A stretch of 63,673 nucleotides of DNA, the filler included, from Octopus bimaculoides (lineage: Eukaryota): assembly GCF_001194135.2 (NCBI RefSeq). It is 7 parts of 6 records of this genome, joined end to end, with 100 filler letters (N's around TTAATTAATTAA, not from the genome) between each part and the next. Parts side by side here need not be neighbours in the genome. Positions count along the whole stretch, not along the records: positions 11,094 to 38,995 come from NC_068982.1; 6 more parts are not named here. One strand, given 5' to 3'. The first letter of the stretch is position 1, and each line of letters starts with the position of its first letter. Positions 26,249 through 37,076 of the stretch are shown piece by piece. The notes beneath the pieces are model-generated. The model ran no database searches, was not told the DNA's origin, and was given only the letters and a program-made list of their open reading frames with translations. A program made the position numbers and the translations under genes.

Positions 26249-26605
26249 AGGTGGCTGCGTGGTAAGATGCATGCTTTCCAACCATATGGTTCCAGATTCA
26301 GTTCCACTGCATGGCATCTTGGCCAAGTGTCTTCTACTATACTCTCAAGCCAACCAAAGCCTTGTAAGTGGATTTGGTAGACGGAAACTGAAGGAAGCCC
26401 GTCATATATATATATGTGTGTGTGTCTGTGTTAGTCACCCCACCATCGCTTGACAAGTGATGTTGATGTGTTTACATCCCTGTAACTTAGCGGTTTGGCA
26501 AACGGGAAGAATAGAATAAGTAAGTCTTGGGGTCAATTTATTTGACTAAAGGTAGTGCTCCAGCATGACCACAGTCAAATGACTGAAACAAGTAAAAGAA
26601 TAAAA
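26249..26605 (+). mobile_element. SINE family A, near full length
   Basis: Head, body and tail match the family. Confidence 0.9.
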
Positions 26606-26615
26606 AAATACTCAC

Positions 26616-26791
26616 CAGCTATTTAGAGTTGCTTTCTTGCAGACTAACAACTCCACCCAGTCTTTATACTGTGACAGAGTAGCCATTAAACTTAGTCGAA
26701 ATTCAGAACAAGAAACACAGTTCACATCCTTTTTAGTTTTTAATTCCATTTTATCAGCAAAATTAACAAGTTGTTTCTTTATTTCAATGAC
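26616..26791 (-). CDS. Candidate exon E1 (phase 0 to 2): VIEIKKQLVNFADKMELKTKKDVNCVSCSEFRLSLMATLSQYKDWVELLVCKKATLNS
   Basis: Acceptor ttttcttaatttAG, donor CTG|GTGAGT, 58 open codons of normal composition. Confidence 0.8.
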
Positions 26792-26902
26792 CTAAATTAA
26801 GAAAATTTTCCATGCATTAACTCATAAATAAGCAAAATATTCAAAAAAGGTATTCATTTCTCCTTTATTTAAAATAAATTACGGCTTACCATGAAATATA
26901 TA

Positions 26903-27119
26903 TGTGGGGATACTGAAAAGTGCCCGGCTTTGGGTAAAAGAAAATACAGGAGGATCAGTTGATTATGATTTAATTGAACATATTCCCCTCTCAGATGCAC
27001 ACACATATTACAGTGGTCCTTCAGTTTTTCTAAGTCCTGGTAATGAACTCCAAAGATTGGTCCTCCAATCAGGCCTTTCGTGATACCCTTAGAGCCAGGA
27101 ACTTTTCAGCACCCCCTCG
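26903..27119. mobile_element. Mariner-derived MITE
   Basis: TA-flanked TIRs (tgtggggatactgaaaagtgcccggct / agccaggaacttttcagcaccccctcg). The minus strand keeps a transposase C-terminal remnant, KLKDHCNMCVHLRGEYV. Confidence 0.85.
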
Positions 27120-27638
27120 TAACTAGCTGACGCCATCTATAATTCTATTCAGATTTTAATTATTTTTGTACGCTTTTTCAGACAGGCAGTCACATATATT
27201 AACAGAATACATATATATTACATATAAAGAGAATGCATGATTTCTTTTCTATTTCCTTCCTGTTCTACATGCACTGAACAAAACCAGGATGCAAAAATGA
27301 TTTTATATCAATATTTTGTTTTTTGTTTTTTACCCAATGAAATTAATGACTACATCAGAGCAGATTGAGAAGACAATACACACACACACAAGACATACTG
27401 AAACAAAACTTTTTTTTTCAAATTGATAATGTATGAAAGACCAGAAGACAGGCTGAGATGTACACGAACATAGGTACAGCAGTATATATTAGCTTTGTAA
27501 TTATTGACTTGAGACCTAGTAAACAATGATAAACACTAATTTTATAACTGATTTTTATAATGTATAAAAGAAAACCAGAAGACAGACTGAGACTAAACTA
27601 ACTTAACATGGATGATTATAAATTTTACTCAAAAAAGG

Positions 27639-28092
27639 TGTTGTGACGCCTAATACCAGTTGCCATTTTGGAGAGTTTGTCCACGCATGCACAGGGACAT
27701 GTCTTCCAGAAGGCATGTAGGAAGTCCCTCATGCACATGCGTGGTCATCCCATATCCAAGCATTCCTGCCTTTTCTCTACCTCTTAGCGCTGCACCTTCG
27801 AAGACACCAGACCACTAAGAGCCGCTCCATCAACTCTACCTTGAGTCAACACAGTCTACCACGGAGACAGTGAAGAATGACTTAACCATCCAGCAACTCC
27901 ACCGATGCTGTCTTCACACCAACCATAAAGGGCGACCTGGCAAAGCCGTTACCCTGAGATGTAAGGCTGAGCAACTCGAAATAAATATTTGTTATGCTGT
28001 TATTCAATTCATTCAGCATTTTCATTTCTTTATTGAAGAAAATTGATTGTACGGGATAGGGTTACCCAAGGATGGTGGCCCTATCACCTACA
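27639..28092 (+). repeat. 5' LTR (454 bp)
   Basis: About 95% identical to 32330-32768 by hand alignment. Confidence 0.95.
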
Positions 28093-29124
28093 AACTGGTG
28101 ACCCCTAGAAAAGAATTTTGAGCAGCCGACATGCAGACCTACAAACTGGTAACCGCGGAAAACGAATTTCACGGAAAACGAATTTCACGAAGCATGATTC
28201 TGAACCAGCACTCATTCAGCCACTATTGTGAAAGATAAAATGGAGCATTCTTCCACAACAAAGCCGACATGTCTGTCTCTCGTGTCATTTCTATTTTCTG
28301 TCTTACACAGTGAAGAAGAAGAAACAATTAAAAAAGAACAACCGCCGAAAAAAGCACATGGTGTCAGTATGTGCTATAGTTGTATTTATACTACATCTCA
28401 CCACTAACGTTTTGCTTTTTATTTACGTCTAAAAGGACAACAGAAAAAAGATATAACACACTTAATTTCTCACTTAATTTCTCTGCCTTGTATTGTATTT
28501 TCCTTGCAGAAAAAAAAAATACGAGAAGATTGGTGACAATTTTTTTTCCTGCACGCAGTACAAAGCAACACACACACACACACACACAGAAGAAAAAAAA
28601 AAAGCAAACACCATTGTTTTTTTTACGCAAATATTTTTCTCTCTTTTTCTCTCGTGCACACTTGCTTCCAAACATAAAACAAGAACAGGAAAAAATTTTG
28701 TTTCTTATCATTGGCGTTGTTATTGCTTTTTATTTGGTGTCCTCGTATAAAAAAAATTTTATTCATTGTTTCTTTTCTTCCCTTTTTTTCCTTGAAGGAA
28801 TCATCCTAAAACAAATAAAGTCGCCACCATAGCGGATCAAATTCTCGAATTTTCCACCCAGCCTGCACATGGCACCTGTCTCTGTTCTGAGGCTTCATCA
28901 ACAGCCTCACATAAATCCTCTCCCTCCTATGGTGTTTTTGCTGATAAGCTCGAAGAGCTCACGTGTCGGTTGGACATTCTATGCCGGGTTAACAAGCCTT
29001 TTTCCCACGCTCGCTCTCGCAGATCTCCTGGTTTGTGCTGGTACCATACCAAATTTTCTGAAAAGGCACACAAGTGCATTCAGCCATGCTCTTTTAAATT
29101 GTCGGAAAACTTCCAAGGGAGGGA

Positions 29125-31850
29125 TTGAGCACGTCAATTTCCTCCTCTGCACTTTCTTTTAATCGTGCAATTTTTGTCAAGGACCAGGTGTCGAAGAATT
29201 ACTTCATGGTTGACACCGAGTCGTGCTGTAGTATTTGGCCTCTTCGCCTTATTACTGACAAACCTAGGCGTTCACCTATAGTTATGCACGCGATTGATTC
29301 CTCCGTGATACATACATTTGGTCAGCTTTCTCTGCGACTAGACATTGGTCTTCGTAGAGATTTTCAATGGGTTTTTGTCATAGCTGACATACCGCATCCT
29401 ATTTTGGGTGCGGATTTTTAAAATCATTTTAACTTATTGGTAGATGTTCGGCGTCGGAGGCTTGTTGATGGTTCGACATCTCTCTTTACGCCGGCAAAGG
29501 GCTCTACCAACCCAACTCGTAGCCCAGCATTTTTTATTGCCACTGCTGGGGATGTTTTTCATTCACTGCTAGCTCCTTTCCCGAGCTGGTGATATAACTT
29601 TTAGGCCAGCTAAGCCAGCACATTCCACCCTCCATTTTATCACGACTACTGGGTCGCCTGTTTTTTCACGCCCATGGCGTCTGGCACCGGACCGTCTCAA
29701 GACGGCTAGGGCCGAGTTTGAACACATGCTTCAACTCAGCCTGATACGCCCCTCCACCAGCCCATGGGCGTCTCCTCTTCATTTGGCACAAAAAGGTGAT
29801 TCTGATTTTTGCCCGGTGGGGGACTATTGATTCTAATGGGATCAAACCCCTTCCTGCTAAGGTCGATGCCATTCAGCGCATTGCACCTCCTTCTTCTTTG
29901 TGTCAACTTCACCATGTTTTGGGTATGGTTAATTTTCATCGCTGTTTCATAAACCGATGTGTGGACAAGCTGCTTCCTTTAACACAGCTGCTGAAGGGCA
30001 ATTCTAAAAAGATGCCCAACTCACTCTTTCAGCTGAGTCATTGTCTGCCTTTGAGTCAGTGAAACAGGAACTATCCTCAGTTCCTGTTCTTGCACATCCA
30101 GCTCCTGATGCTCCGCTTTCTTTATCTGTGGATGCATCAGATTCTGCAGTTGGTGCTGTTTTGCAGCACACCGTAGATGGTGAAACGAAACCTTTGACTT
30201 TCTTTTCTTGCCAATTGCAGCCTGCTGAACGCAGATACAGTACCTTTGATCATGAGCTTTTAGCGATCTATCTGTCAATCTATTTTCAGCACCAGCTTGA
30301 GGGATGGGAGTTTGTGATTTATACTGATCACAAGCCCCTTACGTTTGCTCTATCTTCTAAAACGGACAAACTTTCCCCTCGTGCTTTCCGTCACTTGGAC
30401 TATATTTCCCAGTTTACAAGTGACATTCGTCACGTGCCAGGGACGGAGAACATCCTAGCTGATGCTCTCTCTAGGCTCCCTGTCAATTCCATTTCTTCTC
30501 CTGCAGCAATTGATTTAGTTGCTATTTCGCAGGATCAGCCATCTTTGGAGAAGTTGGATTTAACTTCACCTAAGTTCAATTCTTGTAAGTTTGCCTATCT
30601 TCCGCTCCCTTCAGCTGAAGGCTCTATTTTATGTGACATCTCCACAGGTTCTCCCAAGCTGTTTGTACCCGAGAACCATCAACGTTCTGTTTTTGATACC
30701 CATCATTCGTTGTGATATCCGGGCATTGCTGCCACAGTAAAGCTTGTTACTGCTCAGTTCTTTTGGCCCAATATGCGGCGATCGATTACCACTTGGGCAC
30801 GCGCTTGTATGAAGTGTCAGAGTGCTAAAGTCCATAGGCATGTTCGTGCTCCGCTTGGGCAGTTTCCTTCTCCTGAGGTCTGTTTTCGCCATGTCTACCC
30901 TGACCTGGTTGGACCGTGGCTTGTGAGTCGCGGTTTCTTGTATATTTTAACTTGTGTCAACTGGTTCTCCCGTTGGCCAGAAGCCATTCCTACAGCAGAT
31001 ATTTCTGCTGAGACCGTTGCAAAAGCTTTCGTGTCTGGCTGGATTTCTTGGTTCGGTGTACCAACAAGCTTGACCACAGATCGTGGTCGACAATTTGAAG
31101 CTGTTTTATTTCGTGAATTGTCACGAATCCTGGGGGTGCATCATATACACACCACTAGTTACCACCCCACTTCTAATGGGATGGTGGAGCATTTTCATAG
31201 GCAGCTTAAGGCCGCTTTGCGTGCCTCGCTGAATCCACAGTCATGCACTGAAGTTCTTCCTGTCGTCCTCCTTGGATGTCAGACTGTGGTTAAAGCAGAC
31301 CTGGGTTTTTCTTCAGTGTACGGTATCACACTGGCGTTGCCTGGTACAATGTTGGTACCAGACACGTGACAGTCTCTCAATACAGAGTCTTATGTCACTC
31401 GACTACGCAGTTATTTTTCTACCCTTCCTCCTATGGGTCCCTGACACCAATCTTCACCTTCTAAAGTGCCATTCGATCTTAATTCTTGGACGCATGTTTT
31501 TGTTAGGGATGATTCTGTCAGAGGACCCCTTGTTTCTCCTTATAAAGGACCTTTTTGTGTGCTCTCTCGCACACCCAAATTTTTTAAAATAGACACTAAT
31601 GGGTGTACGGAGACTGTGTCTGTAGACCAATTGAAAAAAAGCTTATCTTGATAAAACTACATCTTTCATTGACACTACTGCCATGCCCGTCTTTCAACCT
31701 TTGCATACACCTTTGTCAACACCATCACCACTGCATACACCTTTAACACAACGTTCATCGTTGCCACCTAACTCGGGCGAACCCTATGTCACTAGGTCTG
31801 GCCAAACGGTACATTGGTCAAAGAAACTGTCAAAGACCATTTATATTTGA
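29125..31850 (+). pseudogene. pol: Gypsy pol pseudogene (PR, deleted RT, RH, IN)
   Basis: Segments at 29125-29421, 29796-30062, 30041-30715, 30773-31369 and 31466-31651 carry pol motifs with frameshifts and stops; ends near YVTRSGQTVHW. Confidence 0.9.
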
Positions 31851-32329
31851 CTGTATATTGTTACATTGAACTTTCAGCATTTTCTTTTGTACCAATTGCC
31901 CGAACTGTGTTTTCCCTTTTTTTTTTTTTTTTGTGCTGAGCAAACCACACGGAAATTTCTTGCGCCACTGCATCAAACATGATGAAATAAAGAAAATGCA
32001 GTGAATTAAGCAAAACTTTTACATCCAACAACACCTTCCACCATGCTGAACTTGACTTGTGCCACTGGAATATTGCTTTCCTCGTGCATTGCGTTGCAAT
32101 TTTGTTGGGGTTTTTTTTTCGTGTTCTGTGTAACCCATTTCTTTTCAATTGCATATTGTGTATAGTGTTCCAGTACATACGTACATTTTTCTTTTGCATG
32201 CATGTACATTCATTTCTTTGCTTTGTGCATCTTTTTTGCCACATCTTGAGGGTGTTTTCAGTAGCCATCTTGCCTCAGGTGCCACTCCAATTTTTCTATT
32301 TTCGTGCTTCCGCACTCGAGGGAGAGCCA

Positions 32330-32768
32330 TGTAGTGACGCCTAATACCAGTCGCCATTTTGGAGAGTTCGTCCATGCATGCGCAAGGACATGTCTTCCAG
32401 AAGGCATGTAGGAAGTCCCTCATGCGCATGCATAGTCATTCCCACCTTTTCTCTACCACTTAGTGCTGCACCTTTGAAGACACCAGACCACTAAGAGCCG
32501 CTCCATCAACTCTACCTTGAGTCAACACAGTCTACCACGGAGACAGTGAAGAATGACTTAACCATCCAGCAACTCCACTGACGCTATCTTCACACCAACC
32601 ATAAAGGGCGACCTGGCAAAGCCGTTACCCTGAAATATAAGGCTGAGCAACCCGAAATAAATATTTGTTATGCTGTTATTCAATTCATTCAGCGTTTTCG
32701 TTTCTTTATTGAAGAAAATTGATTGTACGGGATAGGGTTACCCTAGGATGGTGGCCATATCACCTACA
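32330..32768 (+). repeat. 3' LTR (439 bp)
   Basis: Follows the PPT; 15-bp deletion relative to the 5' LTR. Confidence 0.95.
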
Positions 32769-32849
32769 AATGTATTGTATAAGCTTTAAGCAGTAAAATA
32801 ATAATAAATTGATAAAGACAACAGTTGAAAATTTACTTTATATGTTGTA

Positions 32850-34230
32850 TAATGACTTCCCTGTGCCTGATGAGATCTAGCTAAATTTTCTATATCAGGT
32901 TCATTGTTAGACAAAAGAAGTCATAAGTCTCCTCTTTAACTTATTGCAAACTTATTTTGTTGCTTAGTGTCAGCGGTATCAGCACTTGTGACACTGCACT
33001 GAATCCTTTCTCTATTGAATATGAAGAAAGAAAAGCAATGAGCAATAATTTCAATTCTTGCCAAAGTTGAGAATACTTGCTTTGCATTTTAGGCTAGAAT
33101 GATTGATAACCAAGCTGCTGAAAATATACTTTTGCTTTGAAATAATTTTTTAAGTCAATAATTTCTTTGTGCACTCTTGGTTGAGCCAAAGAGACATAAG
33201 AAAAAAATGGATTTATAACCCAATCAAGTACTTTAAGATGAATAAAATCTTTAAACTTTATCATTAAGTCTTCATTCACTATCTGCAGATGAGAACAATA
33301 GCATGCTATATCCATATCTAATATTAAATTGCAATCATTGTTTTCTATTATGTGCAGGCTTAGAAACTGTAAAAACCTCTCCTCCAGAATCTCTCTTTGT
33401 TGAATGATTATTAGCTGTTAAATGCATTTATAATTCTCTTTGCTTTAATTAAATTCATATTATGTCAGAAAAATATGCAATGTCAATTCTTTTATTGCTT
33501 AGTTTATTATACCTGTCATCATATGAATTAAGAATTTCTAAAACAGTATCATAAAGATCACTTCAAACAATTTCCAGTTGAGAGCTGTTGCACATCAGTA
33601 TGAATCAACAGGTCCTTAAATTTTTCTTTTTTTTCCTGGCAAAGCTTACAAAAAATAGTCATTCACTGAATGAGTTTTGATTTTATTTACATCATTCAAT
33701 GTCATGTAGTCAATCACTAAGATGTTTTGCAACCAAGTGTTCTCAATGAATAACACAATGAACTGCAAACATATACCCTTTTACTTGTTTCAGTCATTTG
33801 ACTGCAGCCATGCTGGAACACCACCTTTAGTCGAGCAAATCGACCCCAGGACTTATTCTTTGTAAGCCTAGTACTTATTTTATCGGTCTCTTATGCCGAA
33901 CCGCTAAGTTACAGGGACGTAAACACACCAGCATCGGTTGTCAAGTGATGTTGGGGGGACAAACACACACATATATACATATATACGACAGGCTTCTTTC
34001 AGTTTCCGTCTACCAAATCCACTCACAAGGCTTTGGTCAGTCTGAGGCTATAGTAGAGGACACTTGCCTAAGGTACTACACAGTAGGACTGAACCCAGAA
34101 CCATGTGGTTGGTAAGCAAGTTACTTACCACACAGCCACTCCTGCACCTATGTGGAACTGCTTCCTTTAAATGTGCTATAACTCCATGATAACAGCCTAT
34201 CATAGTTGGTGCAGCATTTGTTATACATGC
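32850..34230 (-). mobile_element. hAT (Buster/Charlie-type) transposase fossil split by a SINE
   Basis: CITNAAPTMIG..GVIAHLKEAVP / AVHCVIH*EHLVAKHLS / KVLDWVINPF / SQLW...FLSSYSIEKGFSAV motifs. Confidence 0.85.
33778..34150 (-). mobile_element. SINE family A, full length
   Basis: Complete head-to-tail match; inserted in the hAT fossil. Confidence 0.95.
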
Positions 34231-34690
34231 AATGCAAGGGGGTATCCAAAAGAAACAGGAATTTTGCACTATTATTTTATTCACTTACTTTTACATGTTT
34301 ACCCTTTTATCACCATCAATGTATTCTCCATTTGAAGTAATACATTAGTTAAAGTGCATTTTCTGCTGTTCGAAGCAGTGCCAGAACTCATGCAAAGTGA
34401 TGTCTTCTAATGCTTCCATCATCCTTTTCTTCACCTCTTCCACATCTGCAAATTCCATAGCACCAACTTTCGTCACCAGTGATGACCTTTAGAAAAAGGT
34501 CTGGATCAACTTCCAACTGTTCTTTTAGTTTACGACATGCATTCAGTCATGACTGCCTTTGATCTTCCATGAGCAAACAAGGCACAAATTTTGCTGCAAC
34601 TTTTTTCATTCACAATTTTCTCTCACACACTGTCTTGCAATCTGAAATACTTCAGTTCTTTGGTCCTCACATTGCTGAACATTGGCAAAC
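34228..34690 (-). mobile_element. Internally deleted mariner transposase fragment
   Basis: KFVPCLL...KVITGDESWCYG and ADVEEVKKRMMEALEDI...CITSNGEY remnants. Confidence 0.75.
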
Positions 34691-35830
34691 TTCTTTTCTG
34701 CTTCTCCTTTGGTTATGTATACCTGTCGCCCAGCCTCCCTTCTGACTATCTGGTACAGTTCCCTGCTACCCCCACTCTTCCAGGTTTTCCAGGCCTGTTT
34801 CTTTGCTCTAATGGCCTTGTCTACTGTATTATTCCACCAAAACGTTACCCTAGGTCTGAAAGGGACTTTACACCAGCTGCAGATTTGGTCTGTGGTGCTC
34901 AGTACGCTGTCCCATAGGAATTTCCAGTTGCCCTCTATATCTCAAGTCTGTAGCTCCTCCTCCCTCTCATCAAATTTCTCAAGGAGGATGTCTCTAAATC
35001 TCTAACCATGTGAATGGTTTTTTAGCTTCCAAATCCTTCTTTTCTAGATTGGTCTGCTTCTTGGCATCCTTCTGGCTTCGAGTCTAAAGTCACTAATGAC
35101 TAGTCTATGCAGTGGAGTACATTCTTCACCAGGGAAGGTCCTTGTATTTAAGAGCAACCTTGCATCCCGCTGTCTGGTGAGGATGAAATCAATCTGGCCA
35201 GCAGAGTTGCCTGATTGATAGGTTATCAGGTGGCTTCTAGCTTCCTGAAGTTGGTGTTGCAGATTAATAGGTTGCTTGCATCACAGAACTCCAGTAGCCT
35301 AGTTCCCTCTCCATTTCAGGAACCAATTCCATGACCCCCGTGAAGACCATGGAAGATACCAGATCATAGTCTGACATACCCATTAAAATCTTCAGCTGCA
35401 AAGATGAGGTCATTGCCACTCGTCTTTGAAGTAGCCTGTAGAATGGTATCATAAAAGTGGTCCTTCTGATCATTTGGCAGGCCCACTTGTGGGGTGTAGG
35501 CAGAGATAATTGTAGTTATACTATTCTGCAAGACTAGCCTGAACTTAAGCACTATCGCATACCCTGACTACCTCTATGACCTTATCCACCCATTTCTCTG
35601 CAAGGAGTATGCCTACACCCACTATTCCATCACTGTTACTTTCCCAGAAGATTTTATACCTATGTACCTTGCCTGTGACGACCCTGGCTGAAGCTCCTCT
35701 GCACCTTACCTCTTGTATGCAACATACATCAACACATCTCCGTTCAAGCATCTCTACAATCTCACTAGACCTACCTTTCAATGTGCCTACATTGACAGTG
35801 CCAACTCTAAAAATTGGGAAAGGAATGTAG
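34690..35830 (-). mobile_element. RTE-clade LINE AP-endonuclease region, degraded
   Basis: NVGTLKGRSSEIVEMLERRCVDVCCIQEVR...GVGILLAEKW...IISAYTPQVG...EDFNG. Confidence 0.9.
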
Positions 35831-36463
35831 GAGGAGGCATGGGAAGGAGAGATGTTATTCAGTGCCTGAAAAGAAGGTCTTCGTGTTCGTGTTTGATAGA
35901 CATACTACACTTGTTCTCACTTTTGATCTGTCAGCATTCAAACATTCAAGAATGTTAAGATTCTTGCTCCTACCAGGGGTAAGAGTAAGTGTAAGCGGCA
36001 TTGTAAGTATAAGCATTATGAACAACGTAAATTTAAGCATCATTGGTGCTGCAGATATCAGTATAAATAAACAAATATAAATAAATAGATAAAAGTAAAT
36101 ATGAATATCAATATGCCAATGTTAGATTAAGTAGGTGGGTAGCTAAACTAGTTGCATTAGTCCTGGGAGAAAGAGAGGGAGAGAAGGGAGGCGAAATTGC
36201 AAGTATGACAGAGGATACCACCAGTGAGAGAAGAGAAATATCTGGTATTGGTGGTGGTGGGGGTGGGAATGGGCAGGTGCACTGAACAAGCAAGGGTTAA
36301 TTTAAGAGACAGTACAAGAAAAAATATGTAGCCAACTTGAGAACATGGGAGGGAAGGAGAGCTAAGGGTGTTAGGGAGATTTCATTTGGGAATTGCATGA
36401 AGAATTAAGGAGAAAACTAAAGCTGAGAGAGAGAGAGAGATTAGGAAGTTATATACTGAAGAG

Positions 36464-36507
<44 letters not shown>

Positions 36508-36958
36508 ATTATTATTATTATAATTANNNNNNNNNNNNNNNNNNNNNNNNNNNNNNNNNNNNNNNNNNNNNNNNNNNNNNNNNNNNNNNNNNNNNNNNNN
36601 NNNNNNNNNNNNNNNNNNNNNNNNNNNNNNNNNNNNNNNNNNNNNNNNNNNNNNNNNNNNNNNNNNNNNNNNNNNNNNNNNNNNNNNNNNNNNNNNNNNN
36701 NNNNNNNNNNNNNNNNNNNNNNNNNNNNNNNNNNNNNNNNNNNNNNNNNNNNNNNNNNNNNNNNNNNNNNNNNNNNNNNNNNNNNNNNNNNNNNNNNNNN
36801 NNNNNNNNNNNNNNNNNNNNNNNNNNNNNNNNNNNNNNNNNNNNNNNNNNNNNNNNNNNNNNNNNNNNNNNNNNNNNNNNNNNNNNNNNNNNNNNNNNNN
36901 NNNNNNNNNNNNNNNNNNNNNNNNNNNNNNNNNNNNNNNNNNNNNNNNNNNNNNNNNN

Positions 36959-36989
<31 letters not shown>

Positions 36990-37030
36990 ATTATTATTAT
37001 TATAATTAATAAAGCTGCAAAAATATCATA

Positions 37031-37076
37031 AAAACTGTTACTCAGAGTTTCACATTCATGTTCATCAGATAGTTTT
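37031..37076 (-). ncRNA. Minimal type I hammerhead ribozyme motif (Penelope-type)
   Basis: Minus strand reads aaaactat CTGATGA aca-tgaa-tgt GAAA ctc-t-gag TA acagtttt. The core is intact, stem I pairs 7/8, stem II has 3 bp, stem III is palindromic and the cleavage triplet is GUA. A Penelope fragment lies about 500 bp away. Confidence 0.75.

Larger units (their letters stand above)
27639..32768 (+). mobile_element. Gypsy/Ty3 LTR retrotransposon, CsRn1-like clade, non-autonomous
   Basis: TG...CA LTRs; PBS tggtgacccc (28096-28105) complementary to the tRNA-Trp 3' end; gag CWYH-x9-C-x3-C (29036-29089); protease FMVDTES; partial RT; RNase H (DASD, DHKPL); integrase (TDRGRQF); PPT gagggagagcca (32318-32329); imperfect 4-bp TSD aagg/aatg. 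Confidence 0.95.

Noticed and set aside
26616-26791. Weak resemblance of YKDWVELL / IWLRSEL to my memory of FANCA (YQDWLHLEL)
   Set aside because: Too short and unalignable by eye; no gene symbol assigned.
35855-36043. Short ORF with a signal-peptide-like N-terminus (MMLKFTLFIMLILTMPL...)
   Set aside because: It lies in the 5' flank of an RTE LINE fossil, with no supporting gene context.
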